Positions 19,304-29,410 of a DNA stretch of 64,000 nucleotides are shown here, in pieces; positions within the stretch are counted from its first letter, which is position 1, and each line of letters opens with the position of its first letter. The notes below the pieces were generated by a model. It did not search any database. It worked only from the letters and a program-made list of their open reading frames with translations, and was not told the origin of the DNA. The DNA is taken from assembly GCA_041695225.1 (NCBI GenBank), contig JBGFRI010000003.1, positions 32,001 through 96,000 on the forward strand, given 5' to 3'. Position numbers and translations under genes: made by a program. The DNA is from Deinococcota bacterium (GTDB lineage Bacteria > Deinococcota > Deinococci > Deinococcales > Thermaceae).

Positions 19304-19792
19304 ATGAAACTGTTCCTTCTTGCCGCTGTTCCACTGGTCTTTCTGCTCGGCTGCACCGCTGCACCCATCACCATCCCCTTGCAGGACTTCCAGTTCAACA
19401 ATCCAACACCGCACAGCGATACCAGCCGGGTGGTCTTTGTCGCGCAGGAGTTTACCCGCCCGCCGGTCCCTCTGGCCTCGGCCAGCCTGGACGGCAACAT
19501 CACCTACCAGCAAGGTGATTTCGCCCTGAGCTTCTACGCCAGTGCCACCGCTCCTTCCTGTCCATCGCCGCAGCCGGGGGTGTACATCTGCTCGAGTGCG
19601 GGTGTGCCCAGCATTGGCCGGGTAGACTTCCTGGCCGGGCCAACCCAGTCCTTCCGGCTCTCCGGCAGCCAGCTTACCAGCGGGATCAACAACGGCAGCC
19701 TCTGGCTGGGAGTGCGCCTCGAGCGCGGTACGGCCCCGGTGGGGACCATCCGTCTGCACAACATGGTAGCCAGGGCGGCGATACTGCCTTAA
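19304..19792 (+). CDS. lipoprotein
   Basis: Signal peptide with lipobox LLGC; leaderless TATACT-N6-ATG. Confidence 0.8.
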   Translation: MKLFLLAAVPLVFLLGCTAAPITIPLQDFQFNNPTPHSDTSRVVFVAQEFTRPPVPLASASLDGNITYQQGDFALSFYASATAPSCPSPQPGVYICSSAGVPSIGRVDFLAGPTQSFRLSGSQLTSGINNGSLWLGVRLERGTAPVGTIRLHNMVARAAILP

Positions 19793-19838
19793 CAACAAAA
19801 AAAAGGGGGCGGAAGGCCCCCTTTCTTCTCTCCTGTAC

Positions 19839-21059
19839 CTAGTGCGGGATGTCCACCCGCCGGATCCAGTCAGGGACTGGAAACCCAGCCGAGTCTCCTC
19901 CAATGATCCCGGCCACCACTGGGATGGAGGGGGCCTTCTGGGGCCAGGGGGTGATCCCGTCGGTGAGGACCACAATCAGGTCCACCCTGGGCCGTAGCTT
20001 CAGGGCTGCCTGGATCCCCACCCCCATATCGGTACCACCACCGCCGTAAAGGCGGATCTGGCGGGCCTGGCTGACTCGCTGAGCCTGGGCGGCTGCAGCG
20101 TCGACCGCCAGGACAAACACCTCAGCCTGGACACGCCGGAGCAGGCCACCAACCTCGGCTGCCGCCTGGCCCAGCATCCGGTTGGTCATAGACCCCGAAG
20201 TATCCATGACCACCGCAACCCTGGGCCGCAGGTCGTAGCTGCCGGCCAGCCAGATCCCGGCCGGGGCATACGCTCCGTGCCGGCGATGCACCCGTTCATA
20301 GGTGGAGCGGGTGCGGCCCAGCACCGGACGAACCCCCTGGCGGACCTGGTGCGCCAGCAGCCGCTGCCAGGGCACGGTGGGGTTGTACTCCCCCTCAGCC
20401 CAGCGCAGGATGCCTGCCGGCACAGAGCCCCGGCTCTGCTGGTGCTCCATTACCTGCCGGGCCACCTCCCGGCGGATGATATTGCCGTCCACTTCGCCCA
20501 TTGCGGGGTGGGTGGGGTTATCCACCGGAAGCTCCCAGGCCTTCCTCTCCTCTGGCGAGGCGTGGGTATCCGACATCCCACTCTCCGGCCCGGAACCCGA
20601 GGATCCATCCTGGCCCTGGTAGCCAGCAACACTAATTTGTTGCTCCAACAGGGCCCAGTAGTAGGCCTCCTCTAGCCCCCCCCGCTCCAACCCAAACTGC
20701 TCGGGGTACAACACCCCGGCAGGAAGCTGGAACCCGGCCTCCGCCGCGCCATCATTAATGGCGCAATCGGTGGCCACGTTCCAGACCTTGTAGAGGCTTT
20801 TATCAACCTCCACCCCGAGGGCTTTCCCCCGAGAGAAGTGGCGACGGAGCAGGTGCTCCATCTCATGCCAGAGCACCCCGACGCACTCCTGGGGAGCCAG
20901 CCGGGCGGTGTACTCCGGGTTGGCATAAAGCCGCCAACCCTCGTCCACTGCCATGGTATGCACCTGGTCAGTGACGACCAGGCGCATGGCCCAGGCCGCC
21001 GGCGCGAAGTAGGGGTGCTTTCGCGCCAGGGCCAGGCGAGCTATCCGTATCTGTTCCAT
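19839..21059 (-). CDS. DUF2201 metallopeptidase/VWA-like protein
   Basis: HEMEH, WNVATDCAIN, DTSGSM, GGGGTD and LTDG motifs. Confidence 0.9.
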   Translation of the reverse strand: MEQIRIARLALARKHPYFAPAAWAMRLVVTDQVHTMAVDEGWRLYANPEYTARLAPQECVGVLWHEMEHLLRRHFSRGKALGVEVDKSLYKVWNVATDCAINDGAAEAGFQLPAGVLYPEQFGLERGGLEEAYYWALLEQQISVAGYQGQDGSSGSGPESGMSDTHASPEERKAWELPVDNPTHPAMGEVDGNIIRREVARQVMEHQQSRGSVPAGILRWAEGEYNPTVPWQRLLAHQVRQGVRPVLGRTRSTYERVHRRHGAYAPAGIWLAGSYDLRPRVAVVMDTSGSMTNRMLGQAAAEVGGLLRRVQAEVFVLAVDAAAAQAQRVSQARQIRLYGGGGTDMGVGIQAALKLRPRVDLIVVLTDGITPWPQKAPSIPVVAGIIGGDSAGFPVPDWIRRVDIPH

Positions 21060-21242
21060 AACGTCCTCCTATCACGTCCCATTATATAAGTAAAAGCTAT
21101 AAAAAAAACGGGCCCCTTTAGGGGCCCTGACACGGATCATCGGGGGAGAACCCGTATGAACCAGTCTCAATATAACATAGCACGACAGTAGATGCAAGAA
21201 AAACCCCCGCTTTGAAGGCGGGGGGTTTGTGTCTGTTCCTGC

Positions 21243-21986
21243 CTAGATAGGGGGCAGGTCTGGAGTCCTGGTTGCTACTGCAACCAGCTCAGACTCCGGC
21301 TCAGCCGCGGCCTTACCGGGCCGGATCAGTGGCAGGAGCCGGACCACCTCTACCCGAGTGGCGTACCGCTTGGTGCCGTCCTGGGCCTCCCAGGACTCGC
21401 CTACCAGGCGACCCTCCAGGAAGACAGGCTCGCCCTTAGTCAGGCCCATGAGCACCTGGCCCTGGCCGTTCCAGGCGGAAATGTCGAAGAAGTGGGCCTT
21501 CTCGTGCCCCTTTTCGCCATTCCTGCTTGGGACCCACTCAGTAATCGCAATCGCGGTCTTGGCGGGTCCCCGCTCCCCCTGCTCGGGATCGCGGGTCAGG
21601 TTACCGGCCAGCACCACGCGGTTAACCGCGCCTGCCGCCAGCCGGGGATTCCCTCCCTGGTCGTAGTCCAGCTGGTCGCCCTGGGGCGCGAAGACCTCGA
21701 GGGCCTCGGCCTGCACCGAGACCTTTGAGCGCTTACTGCCGTCCGGGGCCTCCCAGGACCGGTAGTCCAGGCGGCCAGAGGCAATAGCCCCCGCCCCCGG
21801 AGCCAGCAGGCCAGCAACGTGCTCAGCCCGCTTGCCCAGGTAGTTCACCTGGTGATACCAGGCGAACCGCCGGTCGCCAACCACATCAACCCCGGCCAGG
21901 GTTAACTCCAACACCGGGGTCAGTTTTGCCGTGGTGCGCAGCTCGTGCCGCACCACGGCGCCAACTAGATTGACTGTATTTAGCAT
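21243..21986 (-). CDS. ssb: single-stranded DNA-binding protein, two OB folds (Deinococcus-Thermus type)
   Basis: Duplicated OB folds (NTVNLVG...[17 protein letters not shown]...GRL); C-tail DLPPI. Confidence 0.9.
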   Translation of the reverse strand: MLNTVNLVGAVVRHELRTTAKLTPVLELTLAGVDVVGDRRFAWYHQVNYLGKRAEHVAGLLAPGAGAIASGRLDYRSWEAPDGSKRSKVSVQAEALEVFAPQGDQLDYDQGGNPRLAAGAVNRVVLAGNLTRDPEQGERGPAKTAIAITEWVPSRNGEKGHEKAHFFDISAWNGQGQVLMGLTKGEPVFLEGRLVGESWEAQDGTKRYATRVEVVRLLPLIRPGKAAAEPESELVAVATRTPDLPPI

Positions 21987-22084
21987 GGATAGCCTCCTAT
22001 CCGAGATTAGCATATCACAAGCTCTCGACCCAGACTCTCATAATTGGTCCCAAACGCCGGATACATGCGCTAGAATCGCTTTCG

Positions 22085-22546
22085 ATGAAACTGCTGGTCC
22101 TGGTCTTATTACTACTTGCCAGCAGCGCCCTGGCCTGCGGCCTGACCCCGCAGATGTGGCAGAAAACCCGTGTTTACGCCCAGGCCTTCGGCCTCGAGCC
22201 CGAACTCCTGGCAGCAGTAGTCTGGGTAGAAAGCCGTTTCTGTCCCCAGGCAGTCTCGCCCAGAGGCGCACGGGGGCTGGGCCAGCTAATGCCTGCTACT
22301 GCGCGTGGTATGGGAATTCAGAAAGAGTGGTTGCACGATCCCCACTGGAATCTATGGGGCGCCGCCCGTTACCTCCGACAACAGTGGAATACCTTCCGCA
22401 ACTGGGAACTGGCCCCGGCCGCCTATAACGCAGGGGCTGGCGCAGTGCGCCGGTTTGGGGGCATCCCCCCTTTCCCGGAAACTCAGAATTATGTGCGGAA
22501 AGTGCTGGCAGTCTACTGGCATCTAAAACAGCAGAGGCAACGCTAA
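22085..22546 (+). CDS. lytic transglycosylase (SLT)
   Basis: [25 protein letters not shown] and ETQNYV motifs; signal peptide. Confidence 0.95.
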   Translation: MKLLVLVLLLLASSALACGLTPQMWQKTRVYAQAFGLEPELLAAVVWVESRFCPQAVSPRGARGLGQLMPATARGMGIQKEWLHDPHWNLWGAARYLRQQWNTFRNWELAPAAYNAGAGAVRRFGGIPPFPETQNYVRKVLAVYWHLKQQRQR

Positions 22547-22549
22547 CTG

Positions 22550-23080
22550 CTACTGCCCCTGGCAGATTACGCCCTGCTTGACCATCTCAAGCACACCCCG
22601 ACCGACAGCAACTGTCTCAATTCGCTGGGCATAGTCGTCCGGTAGCCCATCCTGCATCAATACCGACTGCCATAAGGTCTGGGTCACAGCCGGGCTCAGG
22701 CCTACCATCCGCCAGCCCTGCACCACCCCATCCTCGCTTCCCGTCACAATCACCTGGAGCAGGGCCCGCGAACTCTCGCTGATCAAGCTCAGCCGTACCG
22801 GCCTGCGCTGCTCTTCAAGCCGACGATGATATGCGGTATACGACCAGGAAAAAGCCTTGCCAAAGCGGTACAGAAAAAACAGTACCCCTTCCTCCTCGTA
22901 AACCCCGAACCAGCAGCGGTCCTGGCAGATAGCCTGAACCTCCCGGGCACTCAGGCCCGGCATATAAACCAGCAGGACAGGGCTCGAGTCCCCCAGGATC
23001 AGGCTGACGCCCTGTGCCGCAAAAACGTGAAGGTCTGGTCTCTGGTGTAGTCGTAGCTGCACAGGATCAATATACCGCAT
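22550..23080 (-). CDS. hypothetical protein
   Basis: 176-aa ORF convergent with the SLT gene. Confidence 0.6.
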   Translation of the reverse strand: MRYIDPVQLRLHQRPDLHVFAAQGVSLILGDSSPVLLVYMPGLSAREVQAICQDRCWFGVYEEEGVLFFLYRFGKAFSWSYTAYHRRLEEQRRPVRLSLISESSRALLQVIVTGSEDGVVQGWRMVGLSPAVTQTLWQSVLMQDGLPDDYAQRIETVAVGRGVLEMVKQGVICQGQ

Positions 23081-23086
23081 TCTTAC

Positions 23087-23133
23087 AGGATCTGCGCCAG
23101 AAAGCCTCGCGCTTTAGCGCGGGGAGTATGTCA
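23087..23133 (+). mobile_element. miniature IS605-derived element
   Basis: Follows CTTAC, has an IS605-type hairpin and ends GTCA; near-identical inverted copy at about 60334-60378. Confidence 0.6.
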
Positions 23134-23162
23134 TACCCAACCCAAATGACAAAAGTTTTATG

Positions 23163-24563
23163 TGACACTCCCGCCCCCTAAAGGGGACGGGCTTCCTGGT
23201 TCAGCGTCTCCTGCCTGCTCAGTGCAGGGCTTACAAAGACTCCCCAGGCGTTAGGTTCGGCTGTGTCCCAGCCTACCATCTGTAGCCCTCGTTGCAGGAT
23301 GTTTATGGCCGCATTGTGATCGCGGCTCATCTTCCTGCCCGAGGCGGTGACGTGAACCCTGTCACCAAGGGTTTTGTTGCTGAGTATCTCCCCCGACTCG
23401 TGGTCTATCTGGGTCGTGCCCCGAGGATCTACCGCAACTACTACCGTGCCGTAAACCTCCCCGTAGTACATAGCCCAGCGCCGGAAGATGCCCCAGCCTG
23501 CATCGTTGATGCTCTTGGCAAGGTTGCCTCTAACCATATCCTTGATCCTGAGATTCTCCAGGGCTACCAGGTCGTTGGACCTGACTACGCACCGCGCCAG
23601 CTTTATGGCGTGGTCTTTACGCTGCCGCTGTATCCTCAGGTGGAGTCTGGCTAAGCGCTGCCTTGCTTTCTTGTAGTTGCTGCTCTGAGGTTTTCCCTTT
23701 TTCCGTCGTTTGCTAACCTTTCTTTGCACCCGCCTGATCTGTTTCTGAGACCTGCGATAGTACTGAGGATTATCTTCAACCTTACCGTTGGAATCAGTGT
23801 AGAAGTGCAAGAGTCCTACATCCAGGCCGATGGTAGTTCCACTGGGCTCAACCGCTATCCTGCGTTTTACCCGTATGCAGAACTGGGCGTAATATCCATC
23901 AGCCCGTCTGAGGATACGCACTCGTTTAACTTTGTCGAGGTTGTAGTCCTGAAGCGCCTTATATCCCTTGAGTCTAAGAGTCCCGATCCCAAGCCCATCG
24001 GTCAGCGTCAGCCGACTGTAGGAGTCGTCCAGCTTCCAAGCCTGCTTGCTTGTACTCGATGCTGCGATTGTCCTTCTGGAATCTGGGGTAACCGACAGGC
24101 TTAAGTCCCTCCTGGCAACGTTTATAGAACCGGGATATAGCACTCCAGGCCCGTTCCGCCGCAGCCTGCCGGGCCTGGCTGCCCAGATTAGCAACAAAAG
24201 GATACTCGGCGGCCAGGAGTGTACACAGCTTGTTCAGATCATATTTGCCTACCTTGCCGTTCCTGCCGGCATCCATCCAGAGCCTGAGTGCCTTGTTTCT
24301 GACGAACTGGCCTGCCCGAATGCCTTCGTCTATCGCCCTGAACTGCTGTTCAGTGCCGTAGAGTTTGCATTCCAAAACGACCATATTATGATTATATCGT
24401 AACTCTTATACTGGCAATGTCTGAGCAAGAACCTGTCTCAGGTCTGTTCAGAGTAAGCTGGCTATCCTGCTTGCAATGTCCGCTTGCAGCGGACGTGGGA
24501 GAGTCCATGTATCCCGCTCCTGAAGGAGCCGGGTTTTATAGCTCCCCCACACTCCCTCGTTTT
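23163..24563 (-). mobile_element. IS1341-like element (tnpB only)
   Basis: Right-end hairpin AAGCCCGTCCCCTTTAGGGGGCGGGAGTGTCA; left-end hairpin near 24510-24540; left boundary approximate. Confidence 0.75.
23178..24384 (-). pseudogene. tnpB: tnpB with a +1 frameshift near 24039
   Basis: N-part ...YPRFQK..IEYKQAG continues in another frame as WKLDD...GLDVG...LENL...RDHNAA. Confidence 0.85.
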
Positions 24564-24593
24564 TATAATATAATGATTGCTGATAGGAGGGAT

Positions 24594-25022
24594 ATGAAAA
24601 AGTCAGCAACCACCCTGCCGCCCCCCCGCTCCCCCGAGGAGCAGGCCGCCAACCGCGAGGCCGCCACCCGGCTGGCCCTGCTATTCCAGCAGCAGCAGCA
24701 GGCCCGCAGCCGCCAGGTGAAGCGCCTGGTAGTCATGCGCCTCGCCCCAGAGGCGGCGCTCCCAGGCATCTGCGTCGGGGCGGACCTTACCTTTTTGGCC
24801 CGCCTCTACCCCGAGGCGGAGATCCTCTGTCTGGACCTGCAGCTAGAGGCGCTCCAGAAACGGTGGCCCCGGGCTGCCGTCAAAAAGGTTGACAATCCGC
24901 CCCCGCCCCGTCCTGGGGACCGCTGGGTCTACTACGACCCCGCCGCCCTCGAGAGCAAGGGAGGCTGGCGGATGGCCCGGCCAACAGAAGTCGGCGGGCG
25001 GCCCGACCAGCAGGAACAGTAG
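24594..25022 (+). CDS. hypothetical protein
   Basis: TATAAT-N7-GATAGGAGG upstream. Confidence 0.65.
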   Translation: MKKSATTLPPPRSPEEQAANREAATRLALLFQQQQQARSRQVKRLVVMRLAPEAALPGICVGADLTFLARLYPEAEILCLDLQLEALQKRWPRAAVKKVDNPPPPRPGDRWVYYDPAALESKGGWRMARPTEVGGRPDQQEQ

Positions 25023-25037
25023 CAACGAAGGGGAGGC

Positions 25038-25508
25038 TCAGCCTCCCCTTCCCTCATCCGGCCTGTTCAGTCCAGCCAGTGGGCGCCGGGCGCCGATAAA
25101 GCGGCCCTGATAAACAGCTATTCGCTCAACCACCACCCGCCCATGCCGGTAACTGGCATGTATCATGTAGCCTCCCCACAAAACAATCCCAACATGGTCC
25201 ACAGGCCGGCCAGGAGCGGTAAAAAAAACCAGATCACCCGGCAACAGGTAAGGGGTTCTGACCGGTGCTAGCCTGTGAAACTGCTCTGCAGCAGTACGGG
25301 GAATGCGCCAGCCCAGATGAGCGTACACCCGTTGAACAAAAGCCGAGCAGTCCAGACCCCGCCGGGGATCCGTACCGCCCCACAAATAAGGTACGCCATG
25401 GTAGACGCTAACCAGACTGTGCAGGCGCTGAAGGTCCACCGGAAGCTGGCCGGCAGGCCGGGCCAGCGCCAGGGAAAGCAGAACAGCCAGAAAGAACAGT
25501 AGGCGCAT
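25038..25508 (-). CDS. NlpC/P60 (C40) peptidase
   Basis: PYLWGG, LDCS, PGDLVFF, HVGI and MIHAS motifs; signal peptide. Confidence 0.95.
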   Translation of the reverse strand: MRLLFFLAVLLSLALARPAGQLPVDLQRLHSLVSVYHGVPYLWGGTDPRRGLDCSAFVQRVYAHLGWRIPRTAAEQFHRLAPVRTPYLLPGDLVFFTAPGRPVDHVGIVLWGGYMIHASYRHGRVVVERIAVYQGRFIGARRPLAGLNRPDEGRGG

Positions 25509-25593
25509 AACCTCAGTCTAGAAGCCAGCAACGTCCTGCACTAACTCAGATGAGAAAAGCCGGGCAGTGCCCGGCCATTCCTTTCCTGTGGCT

Positions 25594-25776
25594 CTACCGC
25601 ATGGTCTGCGCAGCCTGCTCAAACCAGCGGAGGAAGTCCTGGAGCCTTCCCTTATCCCAGGCTTCGATAGCCCGGCCCAGATCCTGGGAAGCCTCTACCG
25701 CCTTTTCGTAGAGGTCTTCATAAGGGATTGGGGGTCGGCTCAGAGGTCCATCGGAAGGCAATTCAATGCGCCTCAT
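25594..25776 (-). CDS. small hypothetical protein
   Basis: Start overlaps the stop of the ArdC-like gene. Confidence 0.5.
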   Translation of the reverse strand: MRRIELPSDGPLSRPPIPYEDLYEKAVEASQDLGRAIEAWDKGRLQDFLRWFEQAAQTMR

Positions 25777-26564
25777 TCGGCCACCTCGCTCTCCCTTTCC
25801 CCAGCAGGCTGCACCTGCTCCAGAATCTGCCGCGCAGTGGCCAGGATGCGCTCGAGGGAACCCTCCAGGCTCCCGGGACTACCCTGCCAGTGCAGGATGT
25901 AGTCCCGACTGCCTTCCATGCCCAGGCCCAGCTCCCGGCCCACGACATAGGCCACTGCCTCCCCTTCCAGTTCCCTCAGCTGTGGAACTGCACCGCTGGG
26001 GGCGGGAAAGTGCATCAGGCAGTGCGCCCACTCGTGGAGCAGGGTGGACGCTTTCTGGGTGGGCTCTCCCGGAGCCAGCTCAATGGTCTGGCCATCAGTC
26101 GACCCCAGCCGTCCGACAGGGCCGGGGACCTCCCGCACCGGGAAAGGGCAGCAGGCCACCAGCCGGTCAAAGACCGAGCTGTCCCCACTGATCGGAGGGG
26201 GAACCGGGAGAGGCTCCCCCTCCGTTTGTGAGACATCGAAGACGTAGCCGCTGCGAAAGCCGACAAGCTTTCGCACCTCCACCCCGTCTTCCTCGACCTT
26301 TTTGAGCAAGGGAACTAAAATTGGAATCCCCCGCTCCCCTTTCCTGACCCGCCGACCCATCTGGTTCCACCGACGCAGGCCAGCTACCTGGCTGGCATCA
26401 GGCCGGTGAATCAAGATGCTGAGGGTGTTGAGGAAGCTATAGCGGTGGAACTTCCCCACCATCTCTAGCCACCTCAGAAAGGCCTGGGTCTGGCCCTTCT
26501 CCATCTCCTGGCCCAGCGTCTCCGCCCAGGCCTGGAGCTTCCGTCGAATCGCTGTTGTTTCCAT
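25773..26564 (-). CDS. ArdC-like ssDNA-binding/zincin protein (antirestriction-like)
   Basis: YSFLN..I, W..MGRRVRKGERG, VFDVSQTEG, HEWAH and ELEGEAVAY motifs. Confidence 0.85.
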   Translation of the reverse strand: METTAIRRKLQAWAETLGQEMEKGQTQAFLRWLEMVGKFHRYSFLNTLSILIHRPDASQVAGLRRWNQMGRRVRKGERGIPILVPLLKKVEEDGVEVRKLVGFRSGYVFDVSQTEGEPLPVPPPISGDSSVFDRLVACCPFPVREVPGPVGRLGSTDGQTIELAPGEPTQKASTLLHEWAHCLMHFPAPSGAVPQLRELEGEAVAYVVGRELGLGMEGSRDYILHWQGSPGSLEGSLERILATARQILEQVQPAGERESEVAE

Positions 26565-26645
26565 ATTACCTCCTATCAGGGTTTAGTATAGCAGGAGAAA
26601 TTGTGGTAAGGTGGTACAGAGACTGCTCACCAAGCAGCCGCGCAT

Positions 26646-26700
26646 CTTGACAAAAGACTTCCAGGGGGTCAATAGGGCAGATATGCCGTGTTGATCAAGT
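26646..26700 (+). promoter_or_regulatory. CRISPR leader (array 1)
   Basis: TTGACA..GACTTC.AGGGGG..GTGTTGATCAAG, conserved in front of all three arrays. Confidence 0.8.
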
Positions 26701-27405
26701 GTTCTCCCTACGCATGTGGGGGTTAACCGCGGGGTAAGCCCTCGGGAAAACGAGCTGGATGGTTCTCCCTACGCATGTGGGGGTTAACCGCGTTGTCACA
26801 ATTTTTTTCTTCTGTTGAGGATCGTTCTCCCTACGCATGTGGGGGTTAACCGTATCGCTAGGACCAGGATACCCAGCACTAGCAGTTCTCCCTACGCATG
26901 TGGGGGTTAACCGGACGCTGGAACCTTCATCTACATCACCAAAGACGTTCTCCCTACGCATGTGGGGGTTAACCGGTAACACTGGCGACACCAGCCGGGA
27001 TCCGTTCCGTTCTCCCTACGCATGTGGGGGTTAACCGCGCTCAACAAAGCAATTTCCGACCTCAATGACCGTTCTCCCTACGCATGTGGGGGTTAACCGC
27101 CCAGCAGGGTAATGGGCTGGCAAAGTCGGTACGTTCTCCCTACGCATGTGGGGGTTAACCAAGCAACAAGAACGCCTTCGGTGCCCGTATCTCGTTCTCC
27201 CTACGCATGTGGGGGTTAACCGTCTAGGAGGAAAAAATGCGACAGGCTCGTTATGTTCTCCCTACGCATGTGGGGGTTAACCAGGATGATTGGGAGTTTT
27301 AGTGAACATACAACGCTCCTCCCTACGCACGTGGGGGTGTACCGTCCGGCCATGCCGCCAGAGGAAATCCTGCACAATTCTCCCTACCCACGTGGGGGCA
27401 AAAAC
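26701..27405 (+). CRISPR. type I-E CRISPR array 1: 12 repeats, 11 spacers of 32-33 nt
   Basis: Repeat GTTCTCCCTACGCATGTGGGGGTTAACC(G/A) ten times, then two diverged trailer repeats at 27316 and 27377. Confidence 0.98.
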
Positions 27406-27621
27406 CATGCCTTGCGTTACCATGCGTCACACTGATAACGTGGTCTGGTGACGCGGTGACGCATGATTGCCACATCTGTTCGTTTGCGGTAAAATGCAAA
27501 CCAGACCACTTCCTGCATAAGCGGGAGTTACCCATAGTCCAGTTAATTAGAAATATGATCCCCGCTTGCGGGGGAAAACAGACTGGCGGGGTTTTTGTTC
27601 CTACATTTATTTCTAAGTAAC

Positions 27622-27650
27622 TTGACTATCTACAGTCTAAGCAGTACACT
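27622..27650 (+). promoter_or_regulatory. sigma-A promoter of the cas operon (leaderless)
   Basis: TTGACT-N17-TACACT, then 6 nt to the cas6e ATG. Confidence 0.7.
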
Positions 27651-27656
27651 CTACCC

Positions 27657-28247
27657 ATGCACCTCCACCTTAGCCAGTTCAGGGCTCCTCTAAGCCTGGA
27701 CCGCGAGACCATCCATAAAATTTTGGCGGAGAACGATGTTGGCCCAGATCGCATTTTGTTCAGGGTTGAACTACGCTCGAAGCACCAGGTGGTTCTGGTG
27801 CAGAATACCTTAGTCCCATCCTGGACCCCTGCTGCCGGTCTCGACCTGGTAGGCAGTAAACATATTGAGCTGGCCCTGGCCGAAGGAATGCGGCTACGTT
27901 ACTACCTGGTAGCAAACCCCATCCGCAAATCCCGCCCTGTACCAGACGGGAAAATCATCGAGATTCCAGTCCACGGCCAGGCCCTGGAGGACTGGTGGGC
28001 CAGACAGGCCGAGCGCGGCGGCTTCCAGCCTGAGACCACCCAGATCATGGTAGTAGACCCCGCCCGCCGTTATCGAAAAAAGGATGCCTCCAGAATGGGT
28101 ATCCACGAGGTACACTTCACCGGCATTTTGCGTATCGTTGACCTGGACAGGTTTTACCGCTGCCTGGCCGGCGGGATTGGTAAAAACAAGCATCTGGGCT
28201 ATGGGCTATTAAGCGTAGCTAGAATTGTCCCCAGGGGGCAGCCGTGA
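27657..28247 (+). CDS. cas6e: type I-E Cas6e (Cse3)
   Basis: ILFRVE, LVANP and G-rich loop GIGKNKHLGYGLL. Confidence 0.92.
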   Translation: MHLHLSQFRAPLSLDRETIHKILAENDVGPDRILFRVELRSKHQVVLVQNTLVPSWTPAAGLDLVGSKHIELALAEGMRLRYYLVANPIRKSRPVPDGKIIEIPVHGQALEDWWARQAERGGFQPETTQIMVVDPARRYRKKDASRMGIHEVHFTGILRIVDLDRFYRCLAGGIGKNKHLGYGLLSVARIVPRGQP

Positions 28248-29410
28248 ATCTGGTCACCGATCCCTGGATCCCTACCACCGCAGGCAATAAAGGCCTGCAT
28301 GAGGCCCTTACCCGTACCCAGGAGATCCAGGGCCTGACCCACTCGAATCCACTTTATGTAGCGGCCTCCCTGCGTATCCTGCTGGCTATTATCTACCGTG
28401 CTGCTGGTCCCTTTGAGCAGCTCGAGGAACTTCCCCAGGCGGCCATAGAGCACTACCTGGACGACAACCTGGAAAACCTCGAGCTGGGCAACTTTCTCCA
28501 GTGCGACCTCCACGACCTCCCCGGCGAACCCAAGCCCTGGATGGTCATTGCCTTTGACCGGGCCAGCGCCAATACCAAATTGCAATGGGACCATACCCCC
28601 TGGTATGACCCGCCCCCGGTCTCCCAGGCCGAGTGGGCCCGGCTGCTGGCCGCCTTCCAGACCTTCTGCGTCAGCGCCGGGGTCAGCCTTACCGGCTCTA
28701 CCTCCGGTTCACCCCTGGGACGGCAGGTGGTGGGCTGGATCGAGGGAACCAACCTGGAAGAGACCCTGCTGCTCAACCTTCTCCCCTACCCCGAGCCGGA
28801 GGCCGGTAGAGACCGGGCTACCTGGGAGCAGCCCCGCCCCACCCTGGAGGATCTCGAGAACTACCGTATGCGTGAGCCGCTGGGCCGGGTGGAACGGATG
28901 ACCTGGCTGAGCCGGGCCCTGGAGATTGTCTCTGACCGCCGGGTGCTGCTGACCCAGGGCTTCAAAACACAACCAGCCGAACGTGACCTGATGGCTACCA
29001 CCCATGAGCGGCCCTTCCTGGCCCACCCCGGCCAGCCCCCGACCTCACCGTGGTGGGCAGCCCAGCTTTACCAGCGGGGCTTCCCGGCTAAGAGCCGGGC
29101 CCGCGACGGTCTGACCCTGCGGGCGGTAGGACTGATCAACGAGCAGGCCAACATCCAGGGCTGGGTAGATAGCTCACTCAGACTCTCTCCTGAGACTCCG
29201 GCCTGGCTCGAGGCTTTTAACGCCCAGCAGGAACGACTGCGTAACTACGCCTACAAAAACGGCTTGCAGGCTACTAAAGCCGCTTACGAGCTGGCCCTGC
29301 GGATGAGCGATCTCAGTGCAGACCAGCTTGAAGCTGAGGCAGATCGGCTCATCGAGGGGATGCGGCTGCTCATCCCCAGCCACCAGCTCATGGAGGACCG
29401 CGCATGGTAA
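28244..29410 (+). CDS. cse1: type I-E large subunit Cas8e (Cse1/CasA), short
   Basis: NLVTDPWIP, ARLL..FQ.F, GTNLEETLLLNL and TWLSR motifs. Confidence 0.9.
   Translation: MNLVTDPWIPTTAGNKGLHEALTRTQEIQGLTHSNPLYVAASLRILLAIIYRAAGPFEQLEELPQAAIEHYLDDNLENLELGNFLQCDLHDLPGEPKPWMVIAFDRASANTKLQWDHTPWYDPPPVSQAEWARLLAAFQTFCVSAGVSLTGSTSGSPLGRQVVGWIEGTNLEETLLLNLLPYPEPEAGRDRATWEQPRPTLEDLENYRMREPLGRVERMTWLSRALEIVSDRRVLLTQGFKTQPAERDLMATTHERPFLAHPGQPPTSPWWAAQLYQRGFPAKSRARDGLTLRAVGLINEQANIQGWVDSSLRLSPETPAWLEAFNAQQERLRNYAYKNGLQATKAAYELALRMSDLSADQLEAEADRLIEGMRLLIPSHQLMEDRAW

Noticed and set aside
9511..24384. TnpB proteins as Cas12 effectors for the arrays
   Set aside because: All lie inside IS elements with their own ends, and the repeats are type I-E with Cas6e present.
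26695..27034. ORFs over CRISPR array 1
   Set aside because: Translation artefacts of the repeats.
27414..27465. CATGCGTCAC/GTGACGCATG inverted repeat after array 1 as a tracr-like element
   Set aside because: No complementarity to the repeat; most simply a terminator-like hairpin or operator.
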